From Patescibacteria group bacterium (GTDB lineage Bacteria > Patescibacteriota > Microgenomatia > UBA10105 > UBA927): a stretch of 37,007 bases of DNA. Position numbers and translations under genes: made by a program. The number at the start of each line of letters is the position of its first letter. The first letter of the stretch is position 1. Positions 17,138-24,595 of the stretch are shown piece by piece. The notes beneath the pieces were generated by a model, which saw nothing but the letters and a program-made list of their open reading frames with translations, was not told the origin of the DNA and searched no databases. The stretch lies in NCBI GenBank assembly GCA_038078675.1, contig JBBTUC010000084.1:1-37007 (forward strand), written 5' to 3'.

Positions 17138-17596
17138 TTAATTGAGATCAGAGCGTACTGCTCCTTCAAGTTGTTTGAGGAATTCATTCACAGTGAGGAT
17201 CTGCAGTTGGTGTGGAAATTGTTCCTGTTTCAGCGCTAACAGGTCTTTGTCTCCCGATACCAGGAAATCAGATTTTCCGTCAAGCGCGGTAGCAAGAACG
17301 ATGATGTCTTTTGGGTCGCGTAGAGGTACGTCATGGGATTGAACGTTCTCTACAAGAAGAGAGCGGCGGGCCATTCGAGCGACAAAAGCGTCAATAGAGG
17401 TTGTTTTAAGTGAGTATTTATTGAGAAAAATCGGTCGTTTTAAAACAAATTCTAGTTCATGCAAGAGAAAAGCAGAGGTGACAAGCTGAAACAAATTTCG
17501 TTTCCATGCACTGATGAGGTGGCCGGGTTTGCTTTTGGGGACGATAAGGCCGCTAACAACGACATTTGTGTCAAGGACTGCCGAAGGCCTTTTCAT
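17138..17596 (-). CDS. PIN-domain toxin (VapC-like, PIN_3 type)
   Basis: N-terminal VLDTNVVVS (acidic PIN residue) and C-terminal LVSGDKDLL. Overlaps the upstream antitoxin gene by 26 nt. Confidence 0.8.
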   Translation of the reverse strand: MKRPSAVLDTNVVVSGLIVPKSKPGHLISAWKRNLFQLVTSAFLLHELEFVLKRPIFLNKYSLKTTSIDAFVARMARRSLLVENVQSHDVPLRDPKDIIVLATALDGKSDFLVSGDKDLLALKQEQFPHQLQILTVNEFLKQLEGAVRSDLN

Positions 17597-17888
17597 ATAT
17601 CTTTTTTCGTACTTCTTCTACGGCTTCGGTAGCATCTTTCTCAACTTCCTCAATAGTTTTTTCGGTATTTCGTGCGCGAATTTCGTCGATGAGAGCAAAC
17701 AATTCTTGATCTTCTTTTATGCGGTTGTATTCTTCCAGAATATCCATGCTGATAATTGCGGCTTGTGGGGTATTGTTTGCCATGACGACGATGGGCTTTT
17801 TGGTTTTTTTGACGGTGTCAAAGACTTTTTTATAGCCACGTTGAATTTCGCGGGCGGAAACAGTGGTTGGAAAGGTAAATGGTTGCAT
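17571..17888 (-). CDS. Phd/YefM-type antitoxin
   Basis: N-terminal VSAREIQRGYKKVFDTVKKTKKPIVVMANNTPQAAIISMDILE resembles the Phd/YefM fold. It sits directly upstream of, and overlaps, the PIN gene. Confidence 0.7.
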   Translation of the reverse strand: MQPFTFPTTVSAREIQRGYKKVFDTVKKTKKPIVVMANNTPQAAIISMDILEEYNRIKEDQELFALIDEIRARNTEKTIEEVEKDATEAVEEVRKKIYEKAFGSP

Positions 17889-17896
17889 ATGAGCAA

Positions 17897-17925
17897 AGTG
17901 TAGCAGAGTAACTATCGTATGTCAA
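17897..17925 (-). promoter_or_regulatory. Candidate promoter/operator of the toxin-antitoxin operon (near-leaderless)
   Basis: Minus strand: TTGACA (17925-17920), 17-nt spacer, TACACT (17902-17897), then 8 nt to the ATG at 17888. The -35 lies within the inverted repeat TGTCA-N6-TGACA. Confidence 0.5.
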
Positions 17926-17968
17926 GTTGATGACAAAATTTGGATAGGTGGAAACCCCTTAGAAAACA

Positions 17969-18010
17969 GAAAGAAAACCCCAAGATCAAAGATTGATAGG
18001 GTTTTCTTTC
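17969..18010 (-). terminator. Candidate terminator after the 46-aa zinc-ribbon gene
   Basis: 12-bp stem GAAAGAAAACCC / GGGTTTTCTTTC, followed on the minus strand by a T-rich tract. Confidence 0.55.
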
Positions 18011-18039
18011 GCGAGTAAAAAACGTTTTGTCTTTTGCAG

Positions 18040-18180
18040 TTAGCCACCGATCCTGTACATTCCGGTGCTACAAACTGGACATTTCCCTTTCATTGCCGGT
18101 TTGCCGTTTTTCATCGTCACTTTTACTGCGCTCGGATCTTCTCTCTTTGCGCGACATTTTACACAGTACATGCTTGCCAT
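18040..18180 (-). CDS. 46-aa zinc-ribbon protein (DUF5679-like): MASMYCVKCRAKREDPSAVKVTMKNGKPAMKGKCPVCSTGMYRIGG
   Basis: Not in the ORF track (under 60 aa). CxxC...CxxC motif, with GGAGGTG RBS 8 nt upstream of the ATG and a terminator hairpin downstream. Confidence 0.7.
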   Translation of the reverse strand: MASMYCVKCRAKREDPSAVKVTMKNGKPAMKGKCPVCSTGMYRIGG

Positions 18181-18248
18181 AGTTTATTTCACCTCCCCTC
18201 TCCCTCCGTAGCTTTACGCGTAGGAGGGTTTAGCTCTATAATTTTCAA

Positions 18249-18539
18249 TTATTTTATTATCAAAGATAGTCCTATCTCCCCGCTGATTGCTACAACTGCG
18301 AGAACTAATGTTTTGATAAGATCACGCCGTATCGAGGTATCGTACGGTTGGTTCGATTCTACGAACGACCCTGATGGTTGTGCCGTATTGCGATACGCAT
18401 AGGTATACGATTTTTCTATTTTTTGAGGGTGTAAATTTATTGGAGAATCGTCCTGATTTGGTGCAAAGGGTAAACGTAAACCCGAGAGCTTGCGATGGTA
18501 TTGAGCGATTATTTTTTTCCGTTTGGTCTTCTTTGGCAT
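18249..18539 (-). CDS. Hypothetical tail-anchored small membrane protein (96 aa)
   Basis: Basic N-terminus MPKKTKRKK and a single C-terminal TM helix (LVLAVVAISGEIGLSLII). No recognisable catalytic motif. Confidence 0.5.
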   Translation of the reverse strand: MPKKTKRKKIIAQYHRKLSGLRLPFAPNQDDSPINLHPQKIEKSYTYAYRNTAQPSGSFVESNQPYDTSIRRDLIKTLVLAVVAISGEIGLSLIIK

Positions 18540-18614
18540 GTGAGTTGAAGCTAGTTAGCCTCGAGTGCCCACGAGCGTAGCACGTAGGGAATGGTTTTGT
18601 CAATAATCTATGGA

Positions 18615-18644
18615 TTGACAAGTGCTGAGAGCGGATCGTACTAT
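18615..18644 (+). promoter_or_regulatory. Candidate promoter upstream of the DUF4446 gene
   Basis: TTGACA (18615-18620), 18-nt spacer, TACTAT (18639-18644). The inverted repeat TTGTCAAT..ATTGACAA overlaps the -35. Confidence 0.45.
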
Positions 18645-18655
18645 GATCAATACCA

Positions 18656-19126
18656 ATGGTGTTTAGTGACGGATTTATAATCACGCTCGTTGTCATTTTG
18701 TATTGTGTACTCGGTGTGGTAGTATTTTCCATTTGGAAGATTCGAACACATTACGATCGATTAACCAAGGGGGTGGCCGATGCAACGCTCACGAGTATCC
18801 TTACAGGACTTCTGGGGGAAGTGAAATCGCTTGAGAAACGGGTTCGGCTCATTGAGCTTGCGATAGAAGAGATTCACACAGAAGGGATGCATCATGTAAA
18901 GCGCGTGGGCATTGTACGGTTTAATCCATTTTCCGATACCGGCGGCGCGCAGAGCTTTACGATAGCAATATTGGATGGCCATAAGAGTGGCATCGTTATG
19001 ACATCTCTTTACGCGCGCATGGGGAATCGTTGGTATGTCAAAGCGGTTGTGAAAGGGCAAGGGAAAGATATGGAATTATCCAAAGAGGAATTATCTGCGA
19101 TTAAGCAGGCGATAGGAGATAAATGA
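18656..19126 (+). CDS. DUF4446 family protein
   Basis: N-terminal TM helix, then VGIVRFNPFSDTGGAQSFTIAILDGHKSGIVMTSLYAR, characteristic of DUF4446. Confidence 0.7.
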   Translation: MVFSDGFIITLVVILYCVLGVVVFSIWKIRTHYDRLTKGVADATLTSILTGLLGEVKSLEKRVRLIELAIEEIHTEGMHHVKRVGIVRFNPFSDTGGAQSFTIAILDGHKSGIVMTSLYARMGNRWYVKAVVKGQGKDMELSKEELSAIKQAIGDK

Positions 19127-20292
19127 AACAACAATTTTTCATGATGAGCATTGTGGGGCTTGCGATATATCTCATCGCGACTGGCCTTTCGTTCGGTGTT
19201 TTTGCTATGGTGCGGACGCCTGGTCCGTCACTCGTGCAGTCGCCGGTTACGGGCAATGGGCCACAGGGACATTTTGTCGTTGATCCGTCTCTTCCGAAAA
19301 CAGAAATATGTCCGTTGAACGGGGCGTACTTTACGAAGCAGGAACGGGAACTATGGGAGAAGCGTCGACCGTTGGCCGTCATGATTGAAAATCATGCAGA
19401 GAGCCGTCCACAGTCTGGATTATCCTCAGCGGATATTGTCTACGAGGCAGTTGCAGAAGGCGGGATTACCCGATTTATGGGGGTTTTTTACTGTGGTGCC
19501 GCGGGAAACGTGACCGTTGCTCCTGTCCGAAGTGCACGGATATACTTTTTACCATGGGTATTGGAATACGACGCACTCTATAATCACGTGGGCGGCGCCG
19601 GCAATTGTAACGACGACACGGTCGATGATCGTGCCAAGGCGCTCTGTCAGATAGAAAACTGGAAAGTAAAAGACATGGACCAGTTTGGCATTTCTTTCCC
19701 CACGTGTTACCGTAATTATGACCGGCTCGATCACGCAGTGGCGACAGAACATACGATGGTATGTTTTACCGATAAGCTTTACAAACTTGCATCCGAACGC
19801 GGGTGGACGAATGTTGACACCAAGGGAATCGCATGGGACAAATCTTTTGAGCAGTGGAAGTACAAAGACGATTCTCCCCAGTCCCAGCGCGGTTCGTCGT
19901 TTTCGGGCAGTTTTGTCGCCTGGAAAGGCTATGAGCGTGAGTATGGGGTCCGTTGGGACTGGGATCCGGCTACGAATACCTATATTCGGTTTAATGGGGG
20001 AGTAGCACATACCGACCTTGAGAATAAAGAGCAGCTGCGCGCAAAAGTCGTTATTGTCCAACTTGCAAAAGAGACCGGGCCTGTTGATGATCACGCCCAT
20101 CTTCTTTACGAAAATATAGGATCTGGAACGGGTTTTCTGTGGCAGGATGGCCGCGAAAGTCCTATTACTTGGAAAAAAGCTACACGGACTGCCCGGACTA
20201 AGTTTTATGATGCCGCAGGCAAAGAGCTTTCGCTCAACCGTGGCCAAATTTGGATAGAGTTATTGCCCATCGGAACACTAATAAAAAAATAA
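19123..20292 (+). CDS. DUF3048 domain-containing protein (YerB-like, membrane-anchored/secreted)
   Basis: N-terminal TM/signal anchor, then RPLAVMIENHAESRPQSGLSSADIVYEAVAEGGITRFMGVFY, the typical DUF3048 N-terminal block. Confidence 0.75.
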   Translation: MKQQFFMMSIVGLAIYLIATGLSFGVFAMVRTPGPSLVQSPVTGNGPQGHFVVDPSLPKTEICPLNGAYFTKQERELWEKRRPLAVMIENHAESRPQSGLSSADIVYEAVAEGGITRFMGVFYCGAAGNVTVAPVRSARIYFLPWVLEYDALYNHVGGAGNCNDDTVDDRAKALCQIENWKVKDMDQFGISFPTCYRNYDRLDHAVATEHTMVCFTDKLYKLASERGWTNVDTKGIAWDKSFEQWKYKDDSPQSQRGSSFSGSFVAWKGYEREYGVRWDWDPATNTYIRFNGGVAHTDLENKEQLRAKVVIVQLAKETGPVDDHAHLLYENIGSGTGFLWQDGRESPITWKKATRTARTKFYDAAGKELSLNRGQIWIELLPIGTLIKK

Positions 20293-20334
20293 ATTGGTTG
20301 GATTATTTCTTCTTCTGCCCCGAAGGGAGTGGTT

Positions 20335-20922
20335 ATGATACTGGAAGACATCATTATTTCTCGGGTTCGGGTAAAAATACTTTCACTTTTTCTTGGTAGT
20401 CCGGGTCACATGTTTTTTGTCCGGGATATCGTACGTAAGGTGAGTGAGGAGATAAATGCGGTACGGCGCGAACTTGCACACATGGAGAAGGCTGCGATGG
20501 TTTCTAAGGAACAGCGGGCCAACCGATTGTTTTATTCATTCCGAAAAGATTATCCACTGTACTATGAACTCATAGAACTTATCGGAAAAACCACAGGTCT
20601 TGGGTGGGACATAGTCAAGCAAAAGGCAAAACTTGGCAAGATTAAGTACGCTATGCTCTCCGGAAGGTTCCTCCGCGCATTGCCCAAGCGGGGTTTGCAC
20701 GATGTGGATCTACTTATAGTTGGCACAGTTGTTCTCCCTGAACTTGGTCAGATTGTTAAATTAGAAGAAGCCAGACGGGAAAGAGAACTTAACTATACCG
20801 TCATGACGGAAGAGGAGTTTCTCTTCCGGAAGCGCCGTCGTGATCCTTTTGTGCTCTCTATTCTTACCGGATCCCGCACCATGTTGCTTGGGGACGAGGA
20901 AGAACTTGTTGACGGACTATAA
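20335..20922 (+). CDS. Winged-helix transcriptional regulator-like protein
   Basis: N-terminal RVKILSLFLGSPGHMFFVRDIVRKVSEEINAVRRELAHMEKAAMV resembles ArsR/MarR-type wHTH. GGGAG RBS lies 5 nt upstream of the ATG at 20335. Confidence 0.5.
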   Translation: MILEDIIISRVRVKILSLFLGSPGHMFFVRDIVRKVSEEINAVRRELAHMEKAAMVSKEQRANRLFYSFRKDYPLYYELIELIGKTTGLGWDIVKQKAKLGKIKYAMLSGRFLRALPKRGLHDVDLLIVGTVVLPELGQIVKLEEARRERELNYTVMTEEEFLFRKRRRDPFVLSILTGSRTMLLGDEEELVDGL

Positions 20923-20946
20923 CCACCGCGTGATACAATTGTTTTT

Positions 20947-22311
20947 ATGTTCAAAAATCCCAGACGAGTATTTCTTCTCATCATTCTTCTGACGATTGGC
21001 CTGGCTGCCATTGACCTGCCGGAAAATTTTCGTATTCAGAGGGTCCTCTTCGGAAAAAAGATAGATGTCACCATCAATCCTCCGGAGATAAACGTTAACG
21101 CATTAAATATTCATATAAAGAAACAGTTCAAAACACATCTGGGACTCGATCTCAAGGGAGGCACGCATATTGTCCTCAATACAGATATGACCCAAATCCC
21201 ACCGGCAGAGAGGAACGACGCGCTTGAGTCTTCGCGGCAGGTCATAGACCGGCGGGTTAACTTTTTCGGCGTTGCAGAGCCGGTCGTTCAGACCGCTAAA
21301 TCCGGCGATACCTATCGGATCATTGTCGAACTTCCGGGGGTGACGGATGTGGAGTCTGCCGTTGCCCTCATTGGTCAAACGGCAAGCCTTGAGTTTCGTG
21401 AATTTCGAGACCCGGCGGCCGCAACCGGCGCTGCATTGATATTTCCCTCCCTGTCAAACACTGCATCGGTACATATCACCGGCAAGGATCTCAAAAGTGC
21501 CAAGCTTGATTTCGGGAGTGATACCGGTGCTCCGCAGGTCGCCCTTGAGTTCACCGCGGGTGGCACCGTTAAGTTTGCTTCTGCTACTGCACGGCTTATC
21601 AATAAGCAGCTTGCGATATTCCTGGACGATCAGCCGCTTACCTGGCCGCGTGTTAATACAGCTATAACTGACGGAAGAGCCGTTATTACCGGCGGTTTTA
21701 CCGTTGAGCAGGCCAAAAATCTCTCGCTTCAGCTTGCGGCCGGTGCGCTTCCCGTGCCGGTTAAGGTAGTAGAGAAGCGTACCGTTGGGGCCTCTCTTGG
21801 CGCTATGTCTGTCACAAAAAGTGTGCGGGCGGGATTCATCGGGCTTGCCATTGTAGCGATCTTTATGATTGCCCAATACGGTAGGCTTGGATTGCTCGCG
21901 GATTTAGCGCTTATTGTCTATGGATTGGCAACCTTTGCCCTGTTTCGTTTGATTCCGATCACGCTCACGCTTCCTGGCATTGCCGGATTTATCCTTTCAA
22001 TCGGCATGGCAGTAGACAGTAATATCCTTATTTTTGAACGGTATAAGGAGGAACTCCGACGCGGCAAGCCAGCGGGTATTGCCATGGAGCAGGCATTCGG
22101 AAAAGCATGGGACAGTATCAGGGACGCCAACATTACGACTATTCTTACTGCCATCATCCTTTATAATCCGGGAAACTGGCAGTTTTTGCCCAGTTCCGGT
22201 ATGGTGAGAGGATTTGCGCTCACGTTATTTTTAGGGGTCATTGTAGGATTATTTACCGGCATTGTGGTCACGCGGACGTTTGTGAGAGTGCTGTATAAAG
22301 AAAAGGTATGA
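20947..22311 (+). CDS. secD: Protein translocase subunit SecD
   Basis: LGLDLKGGTHIVL motif, a periplasmic domain, and a C-terminal 6-TM block ending in AVDSNILIFERYKEE. Confidence 0.9.
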   Translation: MFKNPRRVFLLIILLTIGLAAIDLPENFRIQRVLFGKKIDVTINPPEINVNALNIHIKKQFKTHLGLDLKGGTHIVLNTDMTQIPPAERNDALESSRQVIDRRVNFFGVAEPVVQTAKSGDTYRIIVELPGVTDVESAVALIGQTASLEFREFRDPAAATGAALIFPSLSNTASVHITGKDLKSAKLDFGSDTGAPQVALEFTAGGTVKFASATARLINKQLAIFLDDQPLTWPRVNTAITDGRAVITGGFTVEQAKNLSLQLAAGALPVPVKVVEKRTVGASLGAMSVTKSVRAGFIGLAIVAIFMIAQYGRLGLLADLALIVYGLATFALFRLIPITLTLPGIAGFILSIGMAVDSNILIFERYKEELRRGKPAGIAMEQAFGKAWDSIRDANITTILTAIILYNPGNWQFLPSSGMVRGFALTLFLGVIVGLFTGIVVTRTFVRVLYKEKV

Positions 22312-22440
22312 CCAGGTAGTAGAAATTCGACCAATCCGCCGTTCGGGCGGATCGAAAGACTCCTGGCGTGTAAAAAAAAGATTATTAATATGAGAATTTA
22401 TAGATTTACGAAGTAAATTTGTCGAATTTTCACTACCTGG
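22312..22440. mobile_element. 129-bp MITE-like insertion between secD and secF
   Basis: 20-bp terminal inverted repeats CCAGGTAGTAGAAATTCGAC / GTCGAATTTTCACTACCTGG (18/20) flanked by the direct repeat TATGA (22307-22311 and 22441-22445). Internal hairpin TCCGCC-gttc-GGGCGGA. Confidence 0.75.
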
Positions 22441-22441
22441 T

Positions 22442-23257
22442 ATGATTCGTTTTTCCAAATATTATTGGGTTTACTTCTTCATTTCCGCTTTGGTGCTTGT
22501 GCCGGGTGTCTATTCGCTTGTGCGTTTCGGGCTTCGTCAGTCTATTGATTTCACCGGAGGGACGCTCCTGGAAGTATCCTTTGATAAACCCGTGGAGGAG
22601 AGTCTTCTTAGTCAAGCGGTAAAGACAAGCAACAACACCTATCTTTTTCGTATGAAGCCGGGTGAGAGCGAAAAGGTTGCGAGTACCGCGACGATCCTCC
22701 GGAACGAAACCGTCGGACCGGTCCTTGGGAGCGAGCTTTTGGTGAAATCGGTGGTTGCTGCGGTGCTCGCTATTTTCGGTATATTTTTTTACGTCGCTTA
22801 TGCATTCCGAAATGTAAAATTTGGTGCGTCAGCAATTGTTGCGCTCATCCATGACCTCCTCGTGGTTCTCGGGGTGTATTCGCTTCTCGGGGTATTTTTG
22901 GGGGTTGAAGTAGATACGCTTTTTGTCACGGCATTTTTGACGACCATGAGTTTTTCCGTGCACGACACCATCGTCGTTTTTGATCGAATACGCGAGTATA
23001 GGAGAAGAGATGAAAAGACTGCATTTGACCAAATCGCCGACCGGGCACTCAACGAAACGATGGGCAGGTCACTGACGAATTCTTTTACGATCGTTTTTAT
23101 GTTACTCTCTCTCATTCTTATGGGCGGGGAGACCATCAAATGGTTTGTCGTAGCGCTTTTGGTCGGTACGATTTCCGGTACATACTCATCGCCCTTCGTG
23201 GCCACGCCTATCCTTCTTTTGTGGGATTGGTGGGAGAAGAAGAGAAAGTCGCGCTAA
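22442..23257 (+). CDS. secF: Protein translocase subunit SecF
   Basis: IDFTGGTLLEV motif and a 6-TM SecF block with HDTIVVFDRIRE. Confidence 0.9.
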   Translation: MIRFSKYYWVYFFISALVLVPGVYSLVRFGLRQSIDFTGGTLLEVSFDKPVEESLLSQAVKTSNNTYLFRMKPGESEKVASTATILRNETVGPVLGSELLVKSVVAAVLAIFGIFFYVAYAFRNVKFGASAIVALIHDLLVVLGVYSLLGVFLGVEVDTLFVTAFLTTMSFSVHDTIVVFDRIREYRRRDEKTAFDQIADRALNETMGRSLTNSFTIVFMLLSLILMGGETIKWFVVALLVGTISGTYSSPFVATPILLLWDWWEKKRKSR

Positions 23258-24571
23258 GAGCGCTTCCCGTTCGTTAACCAGCGTTCTTTCTTCGACCTCG
23301 GCAAACAGCTGATCCAGAATTTTCCCGATGATAGGTCCCGGTTTCACATTCAATTTGTTCATCACGTCGTGGCCGTCCACCGCCAGATCGTGGACGGTAA
23401 AGGGTTGTTTCTGTACTTCCACGAGTCGTTTTTTATAAAGCTCCAGCCGCCAGGATGTCTCCCGCGCACCGCCGCCGAGACGATCTCCTATCCGAAGATC
23501 CAGGATATCGTTCAGGTTTTCTTTTCCGACCCTGCGGATAAAGCGGCGAAGAGCCGCGTCCGTTTGGCGCTCGTCTACGCTAAACTGATGCCAGCGGACG
23601 AGCGAGAGGACTTTATCCGTATCTTTTTTGGAGAATCGTAATCGTTTGAGGATGCCTCGAGTCAAATAGGCGCTGACGACTTCATGGTTATAAAATGTGA
23701 TGACGCCGCGCCCATCCTTGAGAAATGTTTTTGGCTTCCCGATGTCATGGAGAAGGGTCGCGAAGCGGACTACGGCATCTTTACTCGGACAGAACTTGAG
23801 TGACATGACCGAGTGTGTGCCCACGTCATAGATGTGGTGCCGCTGGGGACTTTTTTGTGGTGTGTTAAATGCGTCGTCAAGCTCAGGGAGTAGGAGGGTA
23901 AGGAGGCCGGTACTTTTGAGGATTATGACTCCGTCAGCGGCGTAGGGCGCGGCGAGAATTCGTAGGAGTTCATCGTGGATGCGTTCCACAGAAACAGTCG
24001 TCATAAGGCTCGCGTTTTTTTTGATGCCTTCAAGAGTCGCGTCCTCAATCATAAATCCGAGCTCACTAGCCAGCCGCACGGCACGCATCAAACGGAGCGC
24101 ATCTTCTGCGAATCGCTCCTTGGGATCCCGGACAGCCCGGATGATTTTTGCTTCAATATCATGTTGTCCGCCGTATGGGTCGATGATTGTGCGTCCGTCC
24201 CAGGCAATTGCGTTAATCGTAAAGTCCCGCCGCGAGAGGTCTTCTTCGATGGTTTTTCCCCACGTGACGTGGTCCGGATGCCTGCGGTCGCTATAGCCTT
24301 CTTCACTTCTGTATGTCGTGATTTCATAAATATCAACAACTTCCTCTTTTTCTTTTATTTTGATACCAACGGTACCGAACTGATTATCATAAAAACTGTC
24401 AGAAAAAAGATTAAGGATTTCTTCGGGGTTTGCGTTGGTTGTGAAATCCCAACCCTTCGTGGGTCTGCCCAAAGCCATGTCGCGTACCGACCCGCCCACG
24501 GCGTACACTTCAAATCCGGCCGTTTTGAGGGTATCAATAATCTTTTGGGCATTTTCCGTGAGGGTCATCAT
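23186..24571 (-). CDS. cca: CCA-adding tRNA nucleotidyltransferase with HD domain
   Basis: AVGGSVRDMALGRPTKGWDFTT (PolyA_pol head), RDFTINA, and the HD motif LLHDIGKP. The last 72 nt overlap the convergent secF end. Confidence 0.85.
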   Translation of the reverse strand: MMTLTENAQKIIDTLKTAGFEVYAVGGSVRDMALGRPTKGWDFTTNANPEEILNLFSDSFYDNQFGTVGIKIKEKEEVVDIYEITTYRSEEGYSDRRHPDHVTWGKTIEEDLSRRDFTINAIAWDGRTIIDPYGGQHDIEAKIIRAVRDPKERFAEDALRLMRAVRLASELGFMIEDATLEGIKKNASLMTTVSVERIHDELLRILAAPYAADGVIILKSTGLLTLLLPELDDAFNTPQKSPQRHHIYDVGTHSVMSLKFCPSKDAVVRFATLLHDIGKPKTFLKDGRGVITFYNHEVVSAYLTRGILKRLRFSKKDTDKVLSLVRWHQFSVDERQTDAALRRFIRRVGKENLNDILDLRIGDRLGGGARETSWRLELYKKRLVEVQKQPFTVHDLAVDGHDVMNKLNVKPGPIIGKILDQLFAEVEERTLVNEREALLARLSLLLPPIPQKKDRRGHEGR

Positions 24572-24572
24572 G

Positions 24573-24592
24573 GCCTTATGATATCATAAGGC
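24573..24592. promoter_or_regulatory. 20-bp perfect palindrome filling the divergent cca-recJ spacer
   Basis: GCCTTATGAT|ATCATAAGGC occupies 20 of the 24 intergenic nt and contains TATGAT (-10-like) on both strands. Confidence 0.5.
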
Positions 24593-24595
24593 ACA

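Noticed and set aside
16782-17141. 119-aa and 81-aa plus-strand ORFs
   Set aside because: They lie antisense to the RNase P RNA gene, whose conserved CR-I/CR-V blocks and P1 pairing explain the region.
23186-23257. 72-nt convergent overlap of the cca 3' end with the secF 3' end
   Set aside because: It could indicate a missed frameshift or an over-extended cca tail (..PPIPQKKDRRGHEGR has no conserved features). I see no homopolymer or direct evidence, so it is treated as an annotation uncertainty rather than a finding.
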